Notes: generated by a model from the letters alone, not told the origin. Counted from the first letter of the stretch, positions 35,936 through 44,787 are shown. The stretch is 55,876 nt of DNA from Actinomycetota bacterium (GCA_947449945.1 CANFTO010000002.1:1-55876); one strand, 5' to 3'. A program made the numbers and translations.

Positions 35936-36577
35936 ATGACCACTGTTCCCTCCCCTGTCGCAGGGATTGCCCAGGCTCGAGCAAGCAAGCGTGGCCCCAT
36001 TCGCGAAGCCCAAAAAGAACTCACCCGCCGGCGCCTGATGGATGCGGGCCTGGAGATCTTCAACGAAAAAGGCTTCGATGCCGCGACGGTGGAAGAAATT
36101 ACTGAGCGTGCCAATGCGGGACGAACCACCTTTTACTCACATTTCACCAGCAAATCTGACATTGCTGTGGCCATTGCGGTCTCAGAAACCGTCGAGCTCA
36201 ACGCTTCCGTCTCAGCCCTTGGCCGAACCGACCCTTTTGAACCAACCTCGCTACAGGACTGGCTAGATGATCTTGAAGCTAGGTTCCGTGAAGATGCCAT
36301 GCTGGTCACCCTGGTCATGCTCCATACCGAAGTCGCGCAAGAGTTCTTGCACGTGCAGGAGGCAACGGCCCGCAATGCACTGGATGGCTGGCTAGAAGCA
36401 GGCTTGGTTCCCGAGATCGAGGATCCACTCGAACAAATACGGTTACTACTGCTGCTCGTCAATCGCTGGATGTATCTCTACGTGACGCAGGGTTTGCCGG
36501 TGCCATCAGGAAGTCGAGAGGGTCTGTTGCTCTTTGTTCAAACACACCTTGCAACAGTGTTTGCGAACCCAGCATGA
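35936..36577 (+). CDS. TetR/AcrR family transcriptional regulator (divergent from the catabolic operon)
   Basis: HTH FNEKGFDAATVEEITERANAGRTTFYSHFTSKSDI. The ATG at 35936 follows GGAAGGG, and the ORF track begins at a GTG at 35864. Confidence 0.75.
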   Translation: MTTVPSPVAGIAQARASKRGPIREAQKELTRRRLMDAGLEIFNEKGFDAATVEEITERANAGRTTFYSHFTSKSDIAVAIAVSETVELNASVSALGRTDPFEPTSLQDWLDDLEARFREDAMLVTLVMLHTEVAQEFLHVQEATARNALDGWLEAGLVPEIEDPLEQIRLLLLLVNRWMYLYVTQGLPVPSGSREGLLLFVQTHLATVFANPA

Positions 36578-37305
36578 CCAATAACCGTCGCACCGCCGCG
36601 GTCGTCACCATCGGCAATGAAATTGTTGAAGGACGCATTGCAAATGAAAATTGCATGTGGTTGTCACAACAACTCATAGAGCAGGGCTACTGGCCGCGCA
36701 TCAACATCACAGTTCCTGACGAAGAGGCACTCATTGTTGATCTGTTGACGATGGCCGCTCGATCATCTGATGTCGTACTCGTTAGTGGCGGACTTGGTTT
36801 TACGCCAGATGACATCACTCGCAATGCAGTGGCCCGAGCCTTCGAATGCGATCTTGAAGTGAACGAAACCGTTGCCTCCGAAATGGCCAGCCTGTGTTCT
36901 TGGGCAACGCCTGACCTTGCTCGCAAGGTTGCAACTTTCCCTGTAGGTGCAACGCCAATTTATTCACCTTGCGGTGGAACACCAGGTTTTCGCATTCACA
37001 ATGTTGTGGTGCTTCCAGGTGTGCCCACTGAAATGCGGAGCATGTTCGCGGTGCTTAATCTCCCTGTCACGGGAACAGTTATTTCATCTCGCACCCTGAC
37101 GTTTGAAACAACTGAGGATCAAATTCTGGAAGTGTTACATGCGTTCGAAGGTGAGCATCCGGACGTGCGCCTGGGGTCATACCCAAGCTTCCACGCCACT
37201 ATGCCACTGGTAGAAATTGTGGTGACCTCCCATTCCACCCCAGCACTTAATGCCGGGGTGGAATGGCTATCGGCACAAATGTTGCCGAAAGTTGCTACAG
37301 CGTAA
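36574..37305 (+). CDS. CinA-like / MoCF-binding domain protein (no PncC deamidase domain)
   Basis: AAVVTIGNEIVEGRIANENCMWLSQQL and VLVSGGLGFTPDDIT are CinA N-terminal domain strings. The ATG overlaps the TetR stop (ATGA). Confidence 0.7.
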   Translation: MTNNRRTAAVVTIGNEIVEGRIANENCMWLSQQLIEQGYWPRINITVPDEEALIVDLLTMAARSSDVVLVSGGLGFTPDDITRNAVARAFECDLEVNETVASEMASLCSWATPDLARKVATFPVGATPIYSPCGGTPGFRIHNVVVLPGVPTEMRSMFAVLNLPVTGTVISSRTLTFETTEDQILEVLHAFEGEHPDVRLGSYPSFHATMPLVEIVVTSHSTPALNAGVEWLSAQMLPKVATA

Positions 37306-37310
37306 TTCGT

Positions 37311-37868
37311 TTAGAGATCGCTCACTTTTCGAAGTGTGTGTCGATCCGTATGCGCGAATGGCTCATTGAATTCCTTCATATTGAGCATGGTCACCTGATC
37401 ATATGAAAATGTTCCATCCCCAACGGTAATCGTCACTTCATATGTGCGACTGCTTGCGTTCTTGGCAAGGTATTGATTTTCACCAATCGCATACCGTTCA
37501 TCGCCGATTGCAGCCTTCATTGTCCAGTGCTTCGAATCAGCCGTTGTCACACCGCCGGCAAGCACAGAGATTCCACGAGGAACAACAAAGCCCTTCATCA
37601 CTTCACCGGTTGCTGCATCCCAAAGCCAGTAACCCACTTCAGTGTGAAATGGGTTTTCCTCATCATCACGCCACATTGCAGACTTGTAATCAAGTCCGTA
37701 CAAGACCTGTGAACCATTGTCGACTGGGCCAAATGGCTTCATCGTGCACTTCTCGCGGTAATCAGTATCAAAGACAACGTTTTTACTGTGTTTGAATGCG
37801 CGATCGACTCCGCCTTCGCCTTCCCATTCACCTGCAAGACCTGCCAGTGGGCCCCATTCATTACTCAT
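37311..37868 (-). CDS. lipocalin/nitrobindin-like beta-barrel protein (DUF1794-like); tentative call
   Basis: The N-terminal LAGLAGEWEGEGG string and the alternating beta-strand pattern resemble haem-binding beta-barrel proteins. This is a by-eye judgement only. Confidence 0.45.
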   Translation of the reverse strand: MSNEWGPLAGLAGEWEGEGGVDRAFKHSKNVVFDTDYREKCTMKPFGPVDNGSQVLYGLDYKSAMWRDDEENPFHTEVGYWLWDAATGEVMKGFVVPRGISVLAGGVTTADSKHWTMKAAIGDERYAIGENQYLAKNASSRTYEVTITVGDGTFSYDQVTMLNMKEFNEPFAHTDRHTLRKVSDL

Positions 37869-37915
37869 GTCGACTCCCTATCGATTCTTGGTCAATCAGA
37901 TCTCGTGCAACACTC

Positions 37916-38539
37916 TTAGAGATAGCGAACCACAATCATTGCTCCGATGACCACAAATATGACTACGACTATGTATTGGTCAAGCCAGGCATCAAGCCAT
38001 CGAGTGAGTCGTGCATGTAAGCCCTCACTCAAGCCAAACGTGTTGCGATAAATGTTGACCCGAGTCATCGATGCGAACACCATGGTCGTGGTTACAGTCA
38101 CCAACAAGCACCATGGACACAAGGCACCAATATTGAAGTAGGCCTGGTAGAGCAACCAATAGGCGAACACCAATCCGGCGGTGTACACAACCCAAGCTGC
38201 ATTCATGAACCAGCGAGGGAACACCACGCCAGCAAGGGACGCTAAGGCGATCGTGATCACCACAGGCTCCGCAATGAGACCTAAGAATGCATTGGGAAAA
38301 CCAAGTAAAGACGCCTGCCAAGAGGCACCAACCACACTGCAGGAAATTTTGGCACTGATATCGCAGGAAAACACTGCGTTGGGGTTGGCAGCCAAGGTAA
38401 TGGCTTCGGCGGAGAGCACCAATGATGCGATCAGTGAAAGTAGCGAAGAGACCAACATTTCACTGAAGGCTCCGATGTGGCGAGCCTTTTTCGCAATCGG
38501 ACTGAACACCGAGCTTTCAACCAACGCTTCTGCGGACAT
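37916..38539 (-). CDS. vitamin K epoxide reductase (VKOR) family membrane protein
   Basis: Loop Cys pair (FSCDISAKISCSVV) and an active-site CxxC inside a TM helix (ALCPWCLLV). Four or five TM helices. Confidence 0.75.
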   Translation of the reverse strand: MSAEALVESSVFSPIAKKARHIGAFSEMLVSSLLSLIASLVLSAEAITLAANPNAVFSCDISAKISCSVVGASWQASLLGFPNAFLGLIAEPVVITIALASLAGVVFPRWFMNAAWVVYTAGLVFAYWLLYQAYFNIGALCPWCLLVTVTTTMVFASMTRVNIYRNTFGLSEGLHARLTRWLDAWLDQYIVVVIFVVIGAMIVVRYL

Positions 38540-38550
38540 GAGTGAAGTAT

Positions 38551-40062
38551 CTATCGCGCTGTCGGCATATCAAAGGAGGCACCCAGTGCATCTTGTGGCC
38601 AGCGGGCTGTCACGACCTTGCCACGGGTATAGAAATGCACGCCTTCAGGACCATGCATGTGGTGTTCGCCAATGAGTGAGTCTTTCCATCCGCCAAATGA
38701 GTGATAGGCCATCGGCACAGGAACAGGCACATTTACTCCAACCATGCCCACGTGAACTCCGCGAATGAATGCACGGGCAGCTGCTCCACTGTTGGTGAAC
38801 ACTGCTGTTCCATTGCCGTATGGATTCGCGTTGATAAAAGCGATTGCCTCATCGAGCGTGTCTACTCGCACTACGGCTAACACTGGACCGAATACTTCTT
38901 GTTGATACACATCCATCGATGAGGCAACACCATCAATCAACGTTGGGCCGACAAAGAAGCCTTGCTCAAAACCAACAACTGAAATTTCTCGACCATCGAC
39001 GCGAACTTGCGCCCCTTGATCTTGAGCCGAAGCAATCAGATCAACAATGCGTTGCTTTGCATGCGCCGTGACCACCGGCCCCATCTCAACCCCGGCGTCG
39101 CGTCCAGAACCAACGCTGATTGCACGCGCTTGTGAATCAAGTTGTTCCACGAGTTCATTCGCTGCGGCACCAACCGCGACTGCAACTGAAATAGCCATGC
39201 AACGCTCGCCGGCCGAGCCAAAGGCAGCTGCAGTGAGGTGACTTGCGGCAAATTCGAGGTCTGCGTCTGGGAGCACAACCGCGTGATTCTTTGCACCGCC
39301 AAGAGCCTGAACTCGTTTGCCAGCAGCAGTTGCACGCGCATGAATATGCCGGGCAATTGAAGTTGAACCCACGAACGAGACAGCGGAAATTCCAGGATGA
39401 TCCAAAATTGCGTTGACAGTTGATGCGTCACCTTGCACCACGTTGAAGACACCGTCTGGCAGGCCAGCCTCTTTCCAAAGCCGCGCGAGCATGAGCGAAG
39501 CGGACGGATCTCGCTCACTTGGTTTCAAAATAAAGGTGTTCCCGGTTGCAATCGCAATTGGGAACATCCACATGGGAACCATCGCAGGAAAGTTGAACGG
39601 CGTAATTCCAGCAACTACTCCAAGTGGTTCCCGATATGAGTAACTATCGACATCCGCGGAAACCTGATCAGAAAATTCACCTTTCAGTACTTGTGGAATA
39701 CCGCAGGCGAATTCAACAACCTCTAATCCTCGCTGCACTTCACCAAGCGCGTCAGAAAGCACCTTGCCGTGTTCATCAGTGATGAGTTCAGCGAGCTCTT
39801 GTGCTCGTGCATTCACCAACTCACGAAATGCGAAGAGCACCTTGGTGCGGCGACTCAACGACGACTGACCCCACTCCTCAAAGGCACGGGCAGCGCATGA
39901 AACTGCGGCATCGACATCCGCGGAGCTACCAATCACAACCTGCGCCTGTTGCTGACCTGTCGCCGGGTTGTACACGGAAGAAGTGACTGATCCAGAGCTT
40001 GGCTTTAGCGCCCCATCAATCCAGTGCTCAATGCTTCGCACGTACGCCTCCTGCATAATCAT
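38551..40062 (-). CDS. mmsA: CoA-acylating methylmalonate-semialdehyde dehydrogenase
   Basis: IEHWIDG N-terminus, FPIAIATGNTFILKPSERDP and catalytic Cys in GERCMAIS. Length ~500 aa. Confidence 0.85.
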   Translation of the reverse strand: MIMQEAYVRSIEHWIDGALKPSSGSVTSSVYNPATGQQQAQVVIGSSADVDAAVSCAARAFEEWGQSSLSRRTKVLFAFRELVNARAQELAELITDEHGKVLSDALGEVQRGLEVVEFACGIPQVLKGEFSDQVSADVDSYSYREPLGVVAGITPFNFPAMVPMWMFPIAIATGNTFILKPSERDPSASLMLARLWKEAGLPDGVFNVVQGDASTVNAILDHPGISAVSFVGSTSIARHIHARATAAGKRVQALGGAKNHAVVLPDADLEFAASHLTAAAFGSAGERCMAISVAVAVGAAANELVEQLDSQARAISVGSGRDAGVEMGPVVTAHAKQRIVDLIASAQDQGAQVRVDGREISVVGFEQGFFVGPTLIDGVASSMDVYQQEVFGPVLAVVRVDTLDEAIAFINANPYGNGTAVFTNSGAAARAFIRGVHVGMVGVNVPVPVPMAYHSFGGWKDSLIGEHHMHGPEGVHFYTRGKVVTARWPQDALGASFDMPTAR

Positions 40063-40066
40063 CGGT

Positions 40067-40291
40067 ATGCCCGCTTCGTCACGTCCTTTGACGCAGCCGC
40101 ACCCTGATCGGTTGCCACCTGACCATGAGCACTACGAAGAAATCATCCTCTGCCATAGCGCCGCCCTTGCGCGCGGGGATGCCGGTTACCTGGACCCCAC
40201 AAATGGATTGTTTGTCATGACAGCTGCAGCCCACCTCGATCGAGGAAAGTGCTGCTCCAACGACTGCAGGCACTGCCCTTATGTGGCGTAG
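40067..40291 (+). CDS. small Cys-rich protein, DUF5522-like
   Basis: The C-terminal string RGKCCSNDCRHCPY matches what I recall of DUF5522. The ATG at 40067 is used, because the ORF-track TTG at 39968 would run antisense through the mmsA start. Confidence 0.5.
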   Translation: MPASSRPLTQPHPDRLPPDHEHYEEIILCHSAALARGDAGYLDPTNGLFVMTAAAHLDRGKCCSNDCRHCPYVA

Positions 40292-41771
40292 GTCAACTCT
40301 GGCAATCACGTTTGCCGGAGTTCTCGCATTGCCACTTGCACCTGTTGTTGCTGCGGGTCCAAACGTGGTGGCTAAAGGCTCGTGGTCCATGGTGGAGATG
40401 ACTAAGGATGTCAACCACGACGGAGTCATTGACGGCGACGGTGGAGTCCCTAAATCAGGAGCACTTTCGCTGACCCCATCGAAACAGATCGTTGGCACGG
40501 GAAACCACATTGCGCAACCGAATGAACGACTCATCGGTGGCACTCTGTCTTGGTACCTCTCGCCCGCAGGCTTCCCTGTATCACTCAATGCGTGCGCTTC
40601 AACTGGCGATTCATATCAATGGACTTTGCGGAACTCCGCTCATCAAGTCGTCGCTGCGTTGGTCAAAAAGCCACTCACTTCAAAAACCTGCCGCACTCGA
40701 GTGACTCTCCCCGAAGGCGACTACACCTTCACGCTCAATGTCTGGACTGGATCACACATCAGTTCAATCGATCTTCCGGCCCGAGTGAATAACATCGTCT
40801 TCTTAAGTCTCGGTGATTCTTATGCATCTGGCGAAGGTAACCCTCGCAATGTGGACGCATGGATCACGCAGGGCGGGCTTTTTTCCACCTTCACTCCATA
40901 CTGGGATGAATCCGGGTGCCATCGCAGTGTGCGTGGAGCACCCGCGTTGGCGGCACTTGCGCTTGAAAAGGTATCGCCACAAACGTCCGTCACGCTCGTT
41001 GACGTCTCTTGCAGTGGCGCAACGATTCGACAAGGAATCTTGGGCACACAACCGGGAACCTCTCAATCCCAAGTTGCACTTGCAAAGACAATTCTGGGGA
41101 ATCAAAGCGTTGACGTCATCTCACTATCCATCGGCGGGAATGACGTCGGGTTTGGGTCTGTTCTGAACTCTTGTTTCACGACAGCCAACTGCCCACTGGC
41201 CAAACCAAGTGCTGGCCCACTGCAGAACTACCCAACGCTGAATGCAGGAGTCAGTGACCAAACAACAAAACTTGCAAATGCTTACGCCGATGTAGCGAAC
41301 TGCTTGGCAGGAAAGACCTGCACGAATGCACCGACTCTCTCCCCAACTGCATCCGTTCTTCCTACGTTGTACCCAGACATCGCCCGTAATAGCAATGGCA
41401 GCATCTGTTCATATCTGACTATGACTCAAGAAGATTTCAGTTGGGCTCGATCATCAATGCTGAATCCAGCACCGCCAACATCAGTTACGTATCGGACATC
41501 AGCACAAACATCTGTTGCGCTTCCCGTGAGTTCATCCTTGAATCAACAGATCAGCAACACGGTGAACCTGGGATGGAAACCGGTTACTGCGAGCTGGACC
41601 CGCTCAGGTGATTCACCTATTGGTCACGGCATCTGCGCAGGTTCACAAAGTTGGGTCTTTGGCGTACAACTTGGAGGATCAATGGTGGGCGCCGCTTTTC
41701 ATCCAAATCCCACGGGTCAAACCCAGATCGCCGCCTCCATCGTTGAGGCAGCCAAATTGGCCACTGCCTAG
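40281..41771 (+). CDS. secreted SGNH/GDSL hydrolase with an extra ~170-aa N-terminal domain
   Basis: Signal peptide MWRRSTLAITFAGVLALPLAPVVAAG. Block I FLSLGDSYASGEG, block III SIGGNDVGF and a C-terminal FHPNPTG His. Many Cys residues, consistent with an extracytoplasmic location. Confidence 0.75.
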   Translation: MWRRSTLAITFAGVLALPLAPVVAAGPNVVAKGSWSMVEMTKDVNHDGVIDGDGGVPKSGALSLTPSKQIVGTGNHIAQPNERLIGGTLSWYLSPAGFPVSLNACASTGDSYQWTLRNSAHQVVAALVKKPLTSKTCRTRVTLPEGDYTFTLNVWTGSHISSIDLPARVNNIVFLSLGDSYASGEGNPRNVDAWITQGGLFSTFTPYWDESGCHRSVRGAPALAALALEKVSPQTSVTLVDVSCSGATIRQGILGTQPGTSQSQVALAKTILGNQSVDVISLSIGGNDVGFGSVLNSCFTTANCPLAKPSAGPLQNYPTLNAGVSDQTTKLANAYADVANCLAGKTCTNAPTLSPTASVLPTLYPDIARNSNGSICSYLTMTQEDFSWARSSMLNPAPPTSVTYRTSAQTSVALPVSSSLNQQISNTVNLGWKPVTASWTRSGDSPIGHGICAGSQSWVFGVQLGGSMVGAAFHPNPTGQTQIAASIVEAAKLATA

Positions 41772-41797
41772 GCTGTTATAGTTTCCCCTCGCAATAC

Positions 41798-41873
<76 letters not shown>

Positions 41874-41888
41874 CGTTCGACTGGAAAA

Positions 41889-41914
41889 ACCTCACTCTTT
41901 CGAGTGGGGTTTTT
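41889..41914 (+). terminator. intrinsic terminator after tRNA-Lys
   Basis: 9-bp stem ACCTCACTC / GAGTGGGGT (one G-U pair), loop TTTC, followed by TTTT. Confidence 0.5.
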
Positions 41915-41965
41915 GTAGTTTTTGGCCAGATATCGCCCACCCTGCGACCCCGATACGCTTTCCAT

Positions 41966-42505
41966 GTGAACACCAAGCGCCATGCAACTCCAGGCTCTCT
42001 GCGTCTGTTTCGTGGCGCCGTGCTCACATCGGCAATGCTGGCACTCACCACAGCGGTCCACACCCAAGTTCACGGCGCCTTGCCCAGCATCGGAACCTTG
42101 GTCATGATCACGCCACTGGTCCTTGTTCTCAGCACGCTGTTTCTAGGCCGCCAACGTGGCTACGGGTTGCTCATTGCCTACAGCGTGGGCACTCAGGCCC
42201 TACTGCACACGCTCCTGACAGTTGGCGCTGGCCACGGCTCCCATCACGACTCGCTCCTACCATCAACACCAATGCTGCTCGGGCACCTTGGTGCCGCCAT
42301 GCTGACCGCTCTGGTGTTGGCCCGTGGCGAAGCTGTGTTAAATCGATGGGTAGAACTCCTACGAACTGCACTCTTTCGTGGCTTCACTCTTTCGTTGCCT
42401 GTGCGACCAGCCCATCGCGGATTATTCGGCGAAGTTCGCACGATTCTTACCTCGTACGACCTCGACCACGCGATTCATCGTCGTGGCCCTCCAATAGTGA
42501 TCTGA
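41966..42505 (+). CDS. hypothetical membrane protein with a His-rich loop (first gene of the copper cluster)
   Basis: Three or four TM helices, a GAGHGSHHDS loop and a C-terminal HRRGPP. The start is uncertain (GTG 41966 or ATG 42035). I recognise no family. Confidence 0.45.
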   Translation: MNTKRHATPGSLRLFRGAVLTSAMLALTTAVHTQVHGALPSIGTLVMITPLVLVLSTLFLGRQRGYGLLIAYSVGTQALLHTLLTVGAGHGSHHDSLLPSTPMLLGHLGAAMLTALVLARGEAVLNRWVELLRTALFRGFTLSLPVRPAHRGLFGEVRTILTSYDLDHAIHRRGPPIVI

Positions 42506-42579
42506 AACTCATTCGCGTCGGCGCCCATGCGTTGGCGCTTCCTTTGAATTCTCACGTTTACTTTTGGAAGGTTTTATCA

Positions 42580-43308
42580 ATGCGTAACAATGTTCGTAAG
42601 ACAGCTATCCGTTCAATTGCCGTTACCGGTGCACTCATCGCTGGTGCAGTCGTCCTTGCAAATCCAGCAAGCGCGCACATGGGTGTTGACACTCACGGAG
42701 CAACATTGACTGCAGGCAAGGGTGCCACGATTTTCTTGCGCCCAGGTCACGGTTGCATGGGCGATGCAACCAACACCATCACTGTCACAATTCCCGAGGG
42801 TGTCACTGGTGTGAAGCCACAGCAAAAAGCGGGTTGGGTAACAACCAGCACTCCGACAACTGTTTCTTGGAGTGGCGGCGCATTACCGGATGATCAGTTT
42901 GATGACTTTGGAATCAAGCTCACGTTTCCAAAACTCCCAGCTGGCCAAACCTCAGGTCCGGTCTACTTCAAAACTGTTCAGGTCTGCGATGCCGAAATTA
43001 AGGTAAAGAAGTCTGGTAAAGATGCCACAGTGACCGGAACATTGCCATCTTCGGCAGGTAAAAGTGCTGCTCTTTTCGTCGACGGAATTCCGTTGACTAA
43101 GCGCGATATCGCAATCGGTGCAGACGGATCATTCACGTTGAAGACATCATCAGCAAAAATTAAGGATGGCGCGAACGTCACTGCCAAGGTTGACGGACGT
43201 TTGGTTGGCAACTCAATGGCTGGCCAAGAAGCCTGGATCGAAACTCCAGTTGCTGGATCGACAGCAAGCCTGGCTTCGCCTGCACCTTCAGTGACGATAA
43301 CCGCGTAA
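42580..43308 (+). CDS. YcnI/DUF1775 family copper-binding protein (secreted)
   Basis: ATG at 42580 after GGAAGG. Signal peptide ending in ASA, then a mature N-terminal His (HMGVDTHGA). DUF1775 strings: FLRPGHGC, AGWVTT, DDFGIKLTFP, EAWIE...PAPSVTI. Confidence 0.8.
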   Translation: MRNNVRKTAIRSIAVTGALIAGAVVLANPASAHMGVDTHGATLTAGKGATIFLRPGHGCMGDATNTITVTIPEGVTGVKPQQKAGWVTTSTPTTVSWSGGALPDDQFDDFGIKLTFPKLPAGQTSGPVYFKTVQVCDAEIKVKKSGKDATVTGTLPSSAGKSAALFVDGIPLTKRDIAIGADGSFTLKTSSAKIKDGANVTAKVDGRLVGNSMAGQEAWIETPVAGSTASLASPAPSVTITA

Positions 43309-43322
43309 GGGATACTGAAAAT

Positions 43323-43970
43323 ATGCGTAAAGCCCTCGTGGCTGTAGTGCTGGGTTCACTGGTTCTCCTAGTGAACCCAGCATCTGCATCAGCCCATGCC
43401 GATCTGAATTCAAGTGTGCCAATCAATGGCGCGGTGATTTCTCGCGCCCCTGACAAGGTTGTGCTGACATTCAGCGAACCAGTCGAACTTCAAAGTGCTC
43501 AACTGTTCAACAGCGCGGCAAAACTCATATCAAGCAATGCAAAAATCTCAGGTTCTTCGCTCACGATTACGCCCACTGCAGCTCTTTCTGCTGGCACCAA
43601 CGTCGCTCAATGGGCAGTGAAGTCTGATGATGGACACGTGGTGAGCGGAGCTATCGCATTTGTTATAGGTAAGGCCGTCAAGCAATCAACGGTAACCGCA
43701 ATAAAGACCATGCCTGTTGTCAGTACCTCACTTAACGGCAATCACGTTGGTCAACTTGTTCTCACCATGACCTCGGCATTAACCAGCGGCGAGATCGAGT
43801 GGACAAACCCAGCACTTGCAGGCCCCATCACTTGGCGAGCAACCGGCAATGGCAAGAAAGTAACGTCTAATGGTGTTCTGCCATTTCCTGGCAACTGGAC
43901 CATGAGCGCAACCTTGGTGGGTAAAGGTGGCAGCGTGCTCATCACTACGGGAACGGTGAACCTTGTTTAA
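43323..43970 (+). CDS. CopC-domain protein with an extra C-terminal beta-rich domain
   Basis: Signal peptide ending in ASA-H, then HADLNSSVPINGAVISRAPDKVVLTFSEPVE and SDDGHVVSGAIAFVIG, the CopC Cu(II)-site pattern. Confidence 0.75.
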   Translation: MRKALVAVVLGSLVLLVNPASASAHADLNSSVPINGAVISRAPDKVVLTFSEPVELQSAQLFNSAAKLISSNAKISGSSLTITPTAALSAGTNVAQWAVKSDDGHVVSGAIAFVIGKAVKQSTVTAIKTMPVVSTSLNGNHVGQLVLTMTSALTSGEIEWTNPALAGPITWRATGNGKKVTSNGVLPFPGNWTMSATLVGKGGSVLITTGTVNLV

Positions 43971-44484
43971 GTTCTGTGTTCGCGTATTGGCTACTGCACT
44001 TCTTGCTCTTGGCCTGGTGCCGCTCGCCGCTTCCGCTAGTCAGGCGCATTCGCAGTTGGTTTCGTCAACACCCACGAATGGTGCAACACTGGCTACTGCC
44101 CCGACACAAGTCTCGTTCACTTTTGATGAAAATCTCTTGCCCGATCTCGACACTATTTCCATCAATACTGAACTTGGTGAAAACGTGGCGAGCAAGCAGA
44201 TTGAGCCAGTCGCCAACAGCCTGTCTATCCCATGGCCAAGCACGATTACTTCAGGTACATACCAAGTGGCCTATCGAATAGTCTCCGGCGATGGCCATCC
44301 AGTGACTGGTGCGATCACGTTCACGATAGGGACAGCATCAGCCTCGCCCAATGTCACAAAGGACGTCACACAAACTCAGGATGGTCCACCAACAGCCACG
44401 ATTCTTTCCGTAGTGGCATTCATCGCGGCAATGGTTTCAATCGGCCTCATCGTGATGTTGGCCAGGCGCGGTAAGGAGTCGTAA
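43963..44484 (+). CDS. CopC-domain protein with a C-terminal membrane anchor
   Basis: AHSQLVSSTPTNGATLATAPTQVSFTFDENL and YRIVSGDGHPVTGAITFTIG, with a C-terminal TM helix (ILSVVAFIAAMVSIGLIVML). There is an 8-nt overlap with the preceding CopC gene. Confidence 0.8.
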   Translation: MFKFCVRVLATALLALGLVPLAASASQAHSQLVSSTPTNGATLATAPTQVSFTFDENLLPDLDTISINTELGENVASKQIEPVANSLSIPWPSTITSGTYQVAYRIVSGDGHPVTGAITFTIGTASASPNVTKDVTQTQDGPPTATILSVVAFIAAMVSIGLIVMLARRGKES

Positions 44485-44555
44485 GTTTCACCCATTTCCT
44501 TGCGAAAATTCTCGTTCCCCACACAATTACGGCCTTCTGAGCCTTATGGTCAGGC

Positions 44556-44771
44556 ATGCAGACTCAATCGTGGCCACATAGAAGGCCTCAAAACCTGTTG
44601 ATCGGGATCGCTTTCGCTCTCCTTGGAGTTGCTTTAATTTTTCAAGCGGTTCGCTACATTGGAGATGGAGTGGGAGGGCTTGTTCCATTCCTGATGCTGC
44701 TCGGTGGGCCAGCTCTCTCTATTTATTACATTTGGTTTTTCAATTTCTATGAAGAAGATTCTGCGGATTAA
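44556..44771 (+). CDS. possible small two-TM membrane protein (71 aa)
   Basis: It has two clear hydrophobic helices and is followed by a strong terminator. No family is recognised and I found no clear RBS. Confidence 0.35.
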   Translation: MQTQSWPHRRPQNLLIGIAFALLGVALIFQAVRYIGDGVGGLVPFLMLLGGPALSIYYIWFFNFYEEDSAD

Positions 44772-44787
44772 CACTGCGACTACAAAC

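Noticed and set aside
39968-40066. A TTG-initiated extension of the DUF5522-like ORF.
   Set aside because: It would run antisense through the first ~30 codons of mmsA. The family-like sequence only begins after the ATG at 40067.
42346-42579. A 78-codon N-terminal extension of the YcnI ORF in the ORF track.
   Set aside because: The extension overlaps the end of the preceding gene and has no signal peptide. The ATG at 42580 follows a GGAAGG RBS and starts a canonical signal peptide ending in ASA-H.
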